Source: Felis catus (lineage: Eukaryota). Taken from it: a DNA stretch of 64,000 nucleotides. Below the pieces are notes generated by a model. The model had not been told where the DNA came from, did not search any database, and saw nothing but the letters and a program-made list of their open reading frames with translations. The stretch lies in contig NC_058368.1 of assembly GCF_018350175.1 (NCBI RefSeq), forward strand, positions 196,542,001 to 196,606,000. The letters run 5' to 3'. Shown here piece after piece: positions 48,676 through 60,727 of the stretch (positions within the stretch are counted from its first letter, which is position 1; the number at the start of each line of letters is the position of its first letter). The position numbers and the translations under genes were made by a program.

Positions 48676-49480
48676 ATGATATTGTGATTTATAAAAAGAG
48701 ATACTTAGTCTTTGTCCTGGTTCCATACACAGAACTCTTAAGACTCTTATAATTCCTGAGTGATAGGAGCATCTGACACAGAGCTTCTAAATTCCTTGGA
48801 ATTTCCTGACTGGTAGATGGTCTTTTGTTCTAACGAGATGACTCTTGGTGGGCTCCTGGATGGAGGCCAATCACCAGAAAGATCAAGCTATGATTAGCAA
48901 CTTGGAACTTTCAGCTCCACCTCCCCATTCTCTGATGAGGGGAGAAGGTCTGGAAATGGAGCTAATAATCAGTCATGCAGATGTGACAAAGCCTCCATAA
49001 AAATCCCCCAAAGTACAGGGCTCACAGAGTTTCTGGGTTGGTGAACACACGCGTGTGCTGGGAGGGTGGTGCACCTCAACTCTAGGGGACAGAAGCGCCT
49101 GCTGTCAGGAAGGGTGCTTCATCTGACAGTATTTCTGTATCTTTTATTATATCCTTTATTATATCATAAACCTGTACATGTAAGTATTACCCTGAGTTCT
49201 GTGAGCCATTCCAGCAAATTCCCAAACCCGAGGAGGGCGTCTTGGGACCCTGCTTTATAGCCAGTCAGAAGTATAAGTGACAAACTGGGACTTGTAATTG
49301 GCATCTGAAGCAGGGACAGTCCTGTGGGACTAAAGCCCTGTGGGGTCTGACACTGACTCCAGGAAGATTGAATTGAATTGTTGGACAGTCAGCTGGTGTC
49401 AGAGAACTGGTCAGATACACCTACGTATCTGGTGCAAGAGTAGTGTAAGCATGGTACTTAGTGTGAGAGGAAAGGAGAGC
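48676..49480. mobile_element. MER21-like ERV LTR
   Basis: cacagagcttctaaattccttggaatttcctg, gactcttggtgggctcctgga, ccctgagttctgtgagccattccagcaaatt. Confidence 0.7.
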
Positions 49481-50022
49481 TTTTCCAAGACACGAAAATT
49501 CCTATTTCTAAAGACTGCACCTGAGAGCACTGCCATTTCCAGAGACTCTCACAGCTGCCGTCCTTCCCTGCGTGTGAGACCCAGAACCCAGCATGCCACA
49601 CCGGAAGGAAGCCTCGAGGAGGACCTGGTCCAACACTCCGATTTTACCAAAGGGCAAACTGAGGCTCAGAGTGTCTTCAACTACTGATAATGTACTCATT
49701 GGCCCCTGAAGCCTCAGAGAACAAGTCCCTCCCTTCCATTCACCCATCCTGTGGGGACATCCTTCTCATTATGGTTTGAATTGTGGGTTCATGTTTTACA
49801 TATGCTCCCACTATACTGTGAGGACCTAATGAGGACAATCTCATCTTTCTTACTGGTCTTGGCATATCCAACACCTCTCCCAGAGCCTGTTCTCAGTAAA
49901 TATGAGTAAATGAATGAATGCGCGAATCAGTCGATCAGTGTATCAATACATAGATCAATGAATGAATGTAGTGGCTGTGCCACTTACCAGCAAGGGAGTT
50001 TTCTGCAAAGCAGGGAAGGTTT

Positions 50023-50205
50023 GGGGGCACCTGGGTGGCTCAGTTGGTTAAGTGTCCGGCTCTTGATTTCAGCTCAGGTCATGGTCTCACGGTCATGAGA
50101 TTGAGTCCTGTGGCATTGAGCTCTGCGCTGGGCATGAAGCCTGCTTAAGATTCTCTCTCACACACACGTGCGTGTGCACACTCAAAAACCAAAACAAAAA
50201 CAAAG
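50023..50205 (+). mobile_element. Old Can-SINE
   Basis: SINEC head and gcctgcttaagattctctctc. Confidence 0.82.
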
Positions 50206-50612
50206 AAGGTGACAGATCTATGTGACAAGGCTGATGTGAGAGTTAATGAGATAAAAGATGTTAAGTTGTCTGGCTCCTGGCTGAGGACGTCATTATTGCT
50301 CAATAAACAGTAGATCTCACCATGGAATTGGCACTGTGAATGTTTGAAAAGAGGAATTGGGGTTTCCAAGAATGAGGGGTGTGCTCCCTGCTTGGAATGC
50401 ATTTCATCCACCTCGTTCCTCTGAAGCTTCAGCTCTCAGCTTCACCTCCCTCGTTCACAGGGAGAAGCCTCCCTCGTTCACTGCTATAACCCGAGAGTCT
50501 AGAACAGGGCCTGGCATAAAGCACTCCATGAATGCTAACTGAATGAGTGAATGACTTTGGGCTTTCCCTAAGCTAGGCATCTGATTCCCGGGCTTTAGAG
50601 TAAACAGTTTGA

Positions 50613-50784
50613 GGGACGTCTAGGTGGCTCAGTGGGTCAAGCGCCTGACTTCGGCTCAGGTCATGATCTCACCACTCGTGAGTTCGAGCCCTGCATCAGG
50701 CTCTGTGCTGACAGCTCAGAGACTGGAGCCTGCTTTGGATTCTGTGCCTCCCTGTTTCTCTACCCCTCCCCGGCTCGTGCTCTG

Positions 50785-50815
<31 letters not shown>

Positions 50816-50852
50816 GTCAAAAATAAACATTACACACATACACACACATACA

Positions 50853-50896
<44 letters not shown>
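50613..50896 (+). mobile_element. Can-SINE with (CA)n microsatellite tail, TSD aacag(t/c)ttgag
   Basis: SINEC body to ~50830, then ~60 bp of (CA)n. Confidence 0.9.
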
Positions 50897-50898
<2 letters not shown>

Positions 50899-52570
50899 AA
50901 CAGCTTGAGCTAAAAGTCTTCTAAGGCCCTCTCTGCTTCTGATAATCTGAGGTTCTGTGACACAGTTGTGTAGAACACTTCACATGCTGAATATATAAGG
51001 ATGGCAATGATTGTCCGAACACCATCGGTTGGCAGCTGTATAATTCGGGAGAGAGTTCTGGGTCTCTCAATGGGAAAGAAAGTTCTGGTAGATTTAGTAA
51101 ACATCTGCGTCAGATGCAGGTAAGACTCACATATCGTTTTCCCTGATAGAAGTGAATATTGCAAGGCTGAACTGACTTCCTGAAATGAATTTGAGCATGC
51201 TCCACCAAGACCTGTGTTTAGGGATTTATCGGTGTCCTTAGAGAATGACATGGAAAACCCTTCATGGCTAATGCCTCTTTAGAGATTTTGCTTAATCCTC
51301 TGATGCTAATTCAAGTAGAGCCCTACAGCCTTCTCTTAATTCCTGTACCCTTTACCTGGTTAGAGACACCTTCATCGACAACAATGCCGTTGCCTGTTTG
51401 TCTAATCCCACTCCAACCGGGGGAAATCCACAGATGCACAGCATCACACTCTGAATTTCTCAGTCGTGGGAAAGTTTCTGCACACTCGATTCTAGAAAAG
51501 GGGTGGGAATCCGTTCTATGAAATATACTTCCTTCCTCAGAACAGCGTGAACTGCATATCTGGGCTGGCTTGTGTCCCAAGCAATGCCTATGGTTGGAAA
51601 AACTCACAATGCTACCAAGAAACAGAAAGGTGGATTCTCTTGGATTTAAGACGACAGTTCAGGCTCTGTCTCCTCTTTCTGACCACATAGACCACACTGA
51701 CCTGTGCTGGCCTCCCAGGCTGCTTTAGGGGTGGGGGTCTGGGGGTGTGTACTACTTTGCACTCCCATAGCTTTGAGCCAAACTCTGTGTCATGTGTTAC
51801 TGGTATTGATTTGTCTGCGAGCCGGCCTGAGCCTTGGTCTCACTTGTGTCCCCAGCGCTCAGCATAAGGCCTGACACACAATGGGGCTTCCATTAAGACC
51901 TATGGAATGTGGATATCCATTGGACTCACTGTGTGGTGCTAGAACTGAATTGCTCAAAAAGCTAAAAGTACCAAATTCTTTTTGTTCAATGACCAGGACC
52001 CAGATCCAACCTTACCAAGGCTTCTCCTAAAGACAGCAAAGCTGAGGGCAGGTTCCTTCTTGAGTATCAGTTTCCCTTTGTGTAGAATGGGCCACTAGCG
52101 GTCCTCACCTCACAGGATTAAAGCGAGTTGAGGCAGATAAAGCACGTGATACCCGTTAGCAATTGTGGTTGTTAGACTCACTAGAGTCTTTTCCTCACTC
52201 AAGTTTCTATTTTGGGCTTACTCGCCATCACCTCAAGAGAGCCTTCTCTAACCCTCCCTCCCCAGGTGAAGTCAGTCCCCTCATCCTCGGGCCCCTGCAG
52301 GGCTTTGCTCACATCTCCCCCACAGCCCTCGGTAAGTTGTATCTCAGACTTTCTCCTACTCGATTTTGGAGGCCTCCAGGGCAGAAATCACCCCCGATTG
52401 CTTTGCCCTTGCTGAAGGGGCATAGATGGAAATGTCTTCATTTTCTTGTCAACAAAATCATAGAGGCCCCCCCTCCTCCCACTCCCTACCACGGGCATAT
52501 GGGGCTCTGGCCTGTTTTACTGTCTTTGTTCTTCCTCTGCCCACCCTTGCCTGTGTCTGCCTTCCTTCAG

Positions 52571-52723
52571 GATGAGCATTTCTGTGACTTCGTGGACATC
52601 CTCACAGAATACCAGACCAAGAACATCTTGGCTTCCCCCATAATGAATGGGAAGGATGTGGTGGCCGTACTCATGGCTGTGAATAAACTGAATGAGCCCC
52701 ACTTCACCAAGAGAGATGAAGAG
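52571..52723 (+). CDS. PDE6A: PDE6A exon 2 (153 nt)
   Basis: cttccttcag|[39 protein letters not shown]...KRDEE|gtaaaa; GAF NKFDE motif. Confidence 0.97.
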
Positions 52724-53159
52724 GTAAAAACGCTTTAGAAATTGCTGGGGTGGCCATGCGAGCGCATTCTTACAGCTTGTGAAGTCCCCTGAACCTTGCT
52801 ATTTGGCCCAGCCTTGGTTTTCTCATCTGTAAGACAAGGGGATTAGGCTGATGCCCTCTGAGGGAGACAGGACAGGGGTAATGGTTAGGATGTCGGGCCC
52901 TGGAGCCTGGGGTACAGGGGTAATTGTCCTGGCTCTGCTAATATTTAGCTGACTCAGCCAAGTTACTTAATTTCTTTACATCTCAGCTTTCTTATCTGTA
53001 AAATGGGCCTAATTTTATAGTATCCATCTCTCAGGGTACTTGTGATGATCACATAAGATAACTTATATACCTAAAATTACTTATCACAGGGACTGCAAAC
53101 TCAATAAATAGTAGCAATTTTCCATTAATCCGTCAACACTGACATTCTACATTCTATGA

Positions 53160-53435
<276 letters not shown>

Positions 53436-53767
53436 TAAGGGGCGTGGCTTAAGGGAATGGCCTGGACGAGTCGTTTTACTGAAGCATTGATGTGGTCAGA
53501 CTGGAAAGGCAGTGGTGATAAAATTGCCTGGGAACCATCATAGTCTCTGCCCAGCATCCCTCATGTTGATGAGGTGGCCGATGTTTGTAAGGCTGTATAT
53601 GCACAGTTTTCGAGTCAGGCAACTTAGATTTGAATCCTTGTTAAACCATTTACTAGCTCTAAGACCCTGAGTAAATCACTTACCCTGTCTGAGCTTTAGT
53701 CCCCCCCTTTGAAAAATGGGGGCAATATTGATTGGTTCTACCCTCAAAAGATCGTTGTCAATAGTAA

Positions 53768-54262
<495 letters not shown>

Positions 54263-54287
54263 TGAACAGGTTTTCACAGGTCTTTTG

Positions 54288-54317
54288 TGTTTTTTTTTTT
54301 TTTTTTTGATGTTTATT

Positions 54318-54359
<42 letters not shown>

Positions 54360-54526
54360 TGTGCAAGTGGGGGAGGGGCAGAGAGAGACCGAGACAGAAT
54401 CTGAAGCAGGATACAGGCTCTGAGCTGTCAGCACAGAGACCAATGTGGGGCTTGAACCCATGAGCCACGAGATCGTGACCTGAACTGAAGTCGGAAGCTT
54501 AACCGACTGAGCCACCCAGGTGCCCC
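54288..54526 (-). mobile_element. Can-SINE, TSD tcacaggtctttt
   Basis: TSD 54274-54286 / 54527-54539. Confidence 0.92.
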
Positions 54527-54729
54527 TCACAGGTCTTTTATAGTGAAGAGTGGAGTACCAACCTTTAAAGCGGAAAAGTCAATCTAGGGCACAGGTGAGT
54601 GAAAACAACCTGGTCTTCCCTGGTCAGTTGGAAAAGAAAGCATATGTGAGAAGGCTTGATGAGGAGGTAAAGATGAGTGATAAAGAAGCTCTATGTAGGG
54701 TAAAAGCCAGAAAGAAGAAAGTTGCCAAC

Positions 54730-54934
54730 TTCAACGTTTATTTATTTTTGGGACAGAGAGAGACAGAGCATGAACGGGGGAGGGGCAGAGAGAGAGGGAG
54801 ACACAGAATCGGAAACAGGCTCCAGGCTCCGAGCCATCAGCCCAGAGCCTGACACGGGGCTCGAACTCCTGGACCGTGAGATCGTGACCTGGCTGAAGTC
54901 GGACACTTAACCGACTGCGCCACCCAAGCGCCCC
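54730..54934 (-). mobile_element. Young SINEC_Fc without a poly(A) tail or visible TSD
   Basis: Near-consensus Fc body that ends abruptly at ttcaacg. Confidence 0.9.
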
Positions 54935-55184
54935 TAGATTTGTGATTTCTTATCCCAAAGAGCCAAGGCCCGGGTTTCCTGTCGGTTTCATTTTGTAGGG
55001 CCTTGTGCTGAGTGGTGCACTGATCTCTGCAGACCCTTCAAATAGTTGGTTTGATGATGAAATACATTGCAGAATCTGCAGTTGGATAAGACCTTAAGTC
55101 TAGTCCAGGGGCTCCCAGGCTTGAATCAGAATCTTCTAAGGAACTGTTTAATAAACACTAGGCCACATTTCCTGATACTCTTGC

Positions 55185-56400
55185 TTTTTTTTTACTTAAT
55201 ATTTTCTGAGCATCTTTCCATGTCAGTACATGTGGAATCTTGTTAATAAGGCTTTATGTTGAAGTATAACATACACACAGAGACAAGCACTAATTACAGG
55301 TAGTAGATCAATGAACATCCCTATGTAACCACCACCAAAATAAAGAGATAGAACATTACTAAACCCTCAGAATCCCCTTGCTTATCCCTTTCCATTAATT
55401 TCCGTACCCTCCTCCCTGAGGGTGACCACTATGGGACCTTTAATGCCACGTTAGTTTTGCTGACTCTTGAAGTTCCCATAAACAGAATCATACACTGGTA
55501 GGCATGTGGTATGATCTCATTTGGTCTTAAACATGAACTCTAATGACTGATGAGATTAGAGACTTTTCTTGTTTTTTGACCATGTGTATATCTTTAATAG
55601 AAGTGCCTATTCAAGTCTCTTTCCCATTTTTAAGAATTCTATTGTCTCTTTTAATCTTAGGATCTGTAGGTGTTCTTTACACATTCTAGATATGGGTTCT
55701 CTGTGGAATATACACATTGCAAATATCTTTTCCCACTCTGTACTTTCATTTTCTTAATAGTATGTTTCAACTAATGAAAATTCTGAATTATAATGTAGTT
55801 TCCTTTATCAATTTTTTTAATGGTTATGATTTTTGTTCTTAAGAAACCTTTGCTGGCCCCAAGTCAATAAAGATATTCATCTATGTTAGCTCTCAAATTT
55901 TATGGTTTTAACTTTCACACATAGCTCTATAATCTACCTGGAAATTTTTTAATGTGCAGCGTGAGGTAGGGTCAATATTAACTTTTTCCATGTGGATATC
56001 CAATGGACCCAGCACCATTTACTGAAAAGACCACTCGTTTTCTACTGTCCTATTGAAAATACCATCTTTCCCTAACATACCTCTATCATTGATCAAGTGT
56101 CCATATATATTGGATGCTTGAGTTTGAGATTTTGTTCAAGAAGGACTTCCCCAACCTTAATATTATAAAGATAATCTGAGATAATCTGATGTGCTTTGAT
56201 TAATATATTTTAATCATTCATTCATTTTGAAATTATGAATGTGTAGGTACGAGGTAGGGATAACTTTTATCTCTCACTCCTTCTCCAGTTATAATCTATC
56301 CTTTCTCCACTGTTTTAAAATGCAGCCATTCTGATATGCTATTTTATCATATACCAGATTTCCATATACTCATGGATTTATTATTCTGATTTTTGCTTTT
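55185..56400 (-). mobile_element. Ancient antisense L1M fragments
   Basis: gaagtataacatacacacag, cattgcaaatatcttttcccactctg, tgtggatatccaatggacccagcaccatttactgaaaagac. Confidence 0.75.
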
Positions 56401-56418
56401 AAAATAGTTTTGTATGTG

Positions 56419-56636
56419 AGGCGCCTGGGTGGCTCAGTCAGTAAACATCTGACCTCAGCTCAGGTCATGATCTCGTGGTTCGTGAGTTCGAGTCTTGTGT
56501 TGGGCTCTGTGCTGACAGCTAAGAGCCTGGAGCCTGTTTCGGATTCTGTGTCTCCCTCTCTCTTTGCTCCTTCCCCACTTGTGCTCTGTCTCTGTCTCTC
56601 AAAAATAAATAAATGTTAAAAAATTTAAAAAAATTA
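56419..56636 (+). mobile_element. Can-SINE
   Basis: SINEC body; TSD-like aaaata(g/a)tt(t/c)tgtatgtga. Confidence 0.9.
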
Positions 56637-56992
56637 AAATAATTCTGTATGTGATTCTGATGCACATTAGCTATCTACTGATTTTAGGGAACTTCTGATT
56701 CTAGTACAAACATCCATTTAACTTTCACATACTCCTGAACCAAATATTTTGCCAATTATTGCCAAGTCCAGCAACAAGCCTTTTGATACACCTTTAGGAA
56801 GTAGCAAATGAATGAATTTATACAAATGAATGGTTCTTTCTTAATAAGAATTTCTGAGTCGTTGAATTCAAAAGGTGCCCAGTTCACACCTTAAAGGATC
56901 TGAACCCAGATATAGGCTGCTGTGTGTGGCTGTGTTCTGTTCCTTCTGAGCTCCCTCTCAAAAGGGAAAATGACACTTAAGCAAGAATATTC

Positions 56993-57047
56993 TTTTTTTT
57001 TAAGTTTATTTATTTATTTGAGGGAGAGAGACTGAGAGCAGGCGAGG

Positions 57048-57101
<54 letters not shown>

Positions 57102-57230
57102 AAGAGAGAGAGAGAAAGGGAATCCCCAGTAGGCTCCATGTGACAGATTGGAGCCTGATGTGGGGCTCAAAACTAATGTGAGATCATAACCTGACCTGAA
57201 ATCAAGAGTTGGATGCTTAACCCCAGGCAC
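56993..57230 (-). mobile_element. Can-SINE with long (GA)n, TSD gaatattct
   Basis: Reverse SINEC body. Confidence 0.88.
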
Positions 57231-58399
57231 GAATATTCTAACTTAGTCATCCCCAAAAGACGGAACAATCTAGCAATTAGAAATGGGCTGGTCTGCCTAC
57301 AATCATTCAAATGACCTGCCTCACCCCCCTTCTACCTCATCCCCCCAGGTAGCTAAGCTCTTATCTGAGCTATTGACATTATGAAGAAGTCAATAAAGCC
57401 ACTGAATTGTACATTTTACCTGGGTGAATTATATGGCATGTGAATCATATGTCCATAAAGCTGTTGAAAAATAAAAGAAACAAGAAAGAGAAGAGAGAGA
57501 GAGAGAGATGAAGAGGGAGAAAGGCAAGCATAAATATGCCCCACTTTCCGCCCACCCCCTCATTGATAGCTGCTGCTTCTCTGGGACAATCTTCAAAGCC
57601 ACTCAGTATTTGACACAGACAGTGTTAGCTCAATGCACTTGACTTTCTTTTGGGCTCTTCTAACATTTGCGTTCTTTCTCCATTCCAATGGATTCATTTT
57701 GGGTCTTACCCTGTCTACCTTACTATAGTTACTTGAGTACTTGATTGACCCCTCCAAGAGACAGCAAGTTCCCCCAGGGCATGAACTCTGTCTTATTCAT
57801 CTGGCAGCAAACACATTATGTATCTGGCAGCAAACACATTATGGGGCTCAGGTAGACTCCCTATTCGTATTTTCACCCAGAATTGAATGTCTTCCTCGTG
57901 TGTAGTCTAGACAAAGAGCCCAACTGGGCAGAAGCTTGAGGACACGGAGTTTGAATTTCATGTGGACTCTCTTCTGCTTGTCCTCTGCATGATAAACCAC
58001 CAAGTTCAAACAAGAAAGAGGCCAAGAGCAGAAGGGCTTAGCATCCTACCCACGATGACCTAGTGCTAATGGATCACTGTCCCTAGATGGCAATGGATGA
58101 ATGAACAGAGAGGGCAATGAAGCATGGAGGCCTCTTCTGTGAGGTCCTGGCTCAGCCCAGCACAAGCTGTGTGGCTCCCTGTGCCTCAGGAAAACCAGTA
58201 GACAAGTGGCAGAGAAGAACTCGCATGGTGTCCCAGTTAGTTTCTTCTTCTGAGGCTGTGTGCCCATGCAATGCCTTAGCTGGTCATTTCTCTCTTCCTT
58301 GACTGTATCTTTGCCGGTTGTCTTATGGGTCCTTTCTTGACGGATCCCTGATATGGGTCTCTTTGTGTATTTATGGCACCATTATTTTTTGGGAAAAAA

Positions 58400-58880
58400 A
58401 TTTTTTTTTCCTGATTCCAAAAGCAACACATTTTATGACAGAAAAATTGCTAAATACAGTCTCACTGCAATCACCCAGAGAAAACCGGTTGTTAGTGTTT
58501 TGTTGTGAATCCTTTGAGGGCATTTTCTATGTTTAGTTAAACATTGGGGTTATATGATCTCTATTTTTTGTCCCCTCACATATTTCACTCATCAGTGCAG
58601 CAAGGACACTTTTTTAATCAACATAAATATATATATGTATATGTATATATATATGTGTGTATATATATATGTATATGTATGTGTATACACACACACACAC
58701 ACACACACATCTGTAGCATTATCGTTAATAGATGTTCCATGATTCATTTAATAAGTCCCCTCTTATTAGACACTTAGGTTGTTTCCTAACTTTTCACTAC
58801 TATAAATGAGGCTGCAGAGGACATTGTTTTACCTAAACCTTCAGTCACATGCTTAGCACGTCTTTAAGGTCAATTTCATA
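58400..58880 (-). mobile_element. Ancient L1M fragment with compound (TA)n/(CA)n microsatellite (58626-58709)
   Basis: gacacttaggttgtttcctaacttttcactactataaat; microsatellite seen directly. Confidence 0.6.
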
Positions 58881-59197
58881 GACCCGGAGACCCCCAGTTT
58901 CCCTCTCATGTCCCACTCCCACAACATGGGGAGTATAAGGGTGTTTCAACTCAGCTCCTATTTTTTGCTTAATGATTAGACAACCCTAGTTCATCAATAT
59001 CTTGAAGCACAGACATGACTGACATCCCCTAACGCTAATGAATTTTGCACCCCTTCCAAGCTTAGGTTTCAGTGAGGTTTAGTTCCCACCTTCTGAACTT
59101 CAACGATAGATGACTCACAGAGGTGGGTCCTCTTTTCTCAATCTCCTTTCCTTGACCTATTTTCAAGACGTGTAATTATTGTCTTTCTCATCCCTAG

Positions 59198-59299
<102 letters not shown>

Positions 59300-59629
59300 T
59301 GATCTAACGTTTAATGAAATGCAAATTTAAGGCACTGTAGAACCTGCTGACATTTCTTTATCACTTAGATATCTATCTTCTCTGGGTTGGGTCGTTTCCC
59401 CTTGAAGTTATGATAATTGTTCATAATTGCCACATCTTGTAACTTGCAAGGTATTTTTAATATCTTGCTGGAGTTCCATAGTAACCTGGTGGGATTGGCT
59501 AAGGAAGAATTAATATTCTCATTCCACAGATAAGGAAAGAGCTCCAGAAAGATCGAGCAACTTGCTTAAATATTCACCTAGCAAAAGTTTAGACTTGAAG
59601 ACAATTTGAGCTGGAAATAACCTTAATAT

Positions 59630-60143
59630 CTAATTGAGACTATACAAACTGGTAGCTGGCAGGTCATTTCCATCCAATAGATAAACCTGTTTGGCTGCGT
59701 ACATTTAAAATTTTTCTTCTTACTTAAAAAGTTTTGGGAATTGATAGTTTAACATCTAAAAAAAATCAAGATATTTCCCATAAATACATAGATTCTCAGC
59801 TTCTTTTAGAAAAGTGGAAGATTAGCCGAAACTGGACCCACAGTCCCACACGGGTAAATTTTATTTTTTGAGATTTTATTTTTAAGTAATCTCTATACCC
59901 AACATGGGGCTCGAACTCACAACCCTGAGATCAAGAGTTGCATGGTCTGCCACTGAGCCAGCCAGGTCCCCCTCACAGGGTAAGTCTGATGGGAGCTGAG
60001 GGGCAGCTGTCTCCTTGGAACATGGCCAGCGCTCTCTAGTTTGCCAAAGTCCTCGCCATTTGCCTCGTGTAGCCTTGCTCCCCAGTCTGCACTCTTTTAT
60101 GTTTCTATCAGGCCTCTCCAGGCACTTGAGTTTGTGAGCTCTG
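59630..60143. mobile_element. hAT-Charlie remnant (MER102-like) with a short Can-SINE inserted (59858-59972, minus)
   Basis: End cacttgagtttgtgagctctg; short SINE tttaagtaatctctatacccaacatggggctcgaactcacaaccctgagatcaagag. Confidence 0.55.
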
Positions 60144-60159
60144 CTTTCATACCATTGTT

Positions 60160-60626
60160 TTCTTTTTTTTTTTTTTTTGACTTTTTTAAAAAAAATTAAC
60201 TTAAATCGAAGTTAGTTAACATATAGTGTAATGATGGTTTCAGGAGTAGAATTAAGTAATTCATCACTTAACATATAGCACCCTGTGTTCATCCCAACAA
60301 GTGTCCTCCATAATTCTCATCACCCATTTGGCCCATCCCTCCACCCGACACCCCCCAGCAACCCTGCTTGTTCTCGGTATTTAAGAGTCTCTTATGGTTT
60401 GTCTTCCTCTCTCTTGTTATCTTAGTTTTGCTTCCCTTCCCCTCTGTTCATTTGTTTTGTTTCTTAAATTCCACATGTGAGTAAAATCATATGGTATTTG
60501 TCTTTCTCTGACTTATGTTGCTTAGCATAATATACTCTAGTTCCATCTACGTGGTTGCAAATGGCAAGATTTCATTCTTGTTGATCACCGAGTAATATTC
60601 CATTGTATGTAAATATACACACGTAT

Positions 60627-60662
<36 letters not shown>

Positions 60663-60727
60663 GTACCACATCTTCTTTATCCATTCACCTGTTGAAGGAC
60701 ATTTGGGCTCTTTCCATAATTTGGCAT
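60160..60727 (-). mobile_element. Carnivore L1 3' end
   Basis: T tail, taagagtctcttatggtttg, gttgcaaatggcaagatttcattc, accacatcttctttatccattc; internal (CA)/(TA) tract. Confidence 0.88.
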
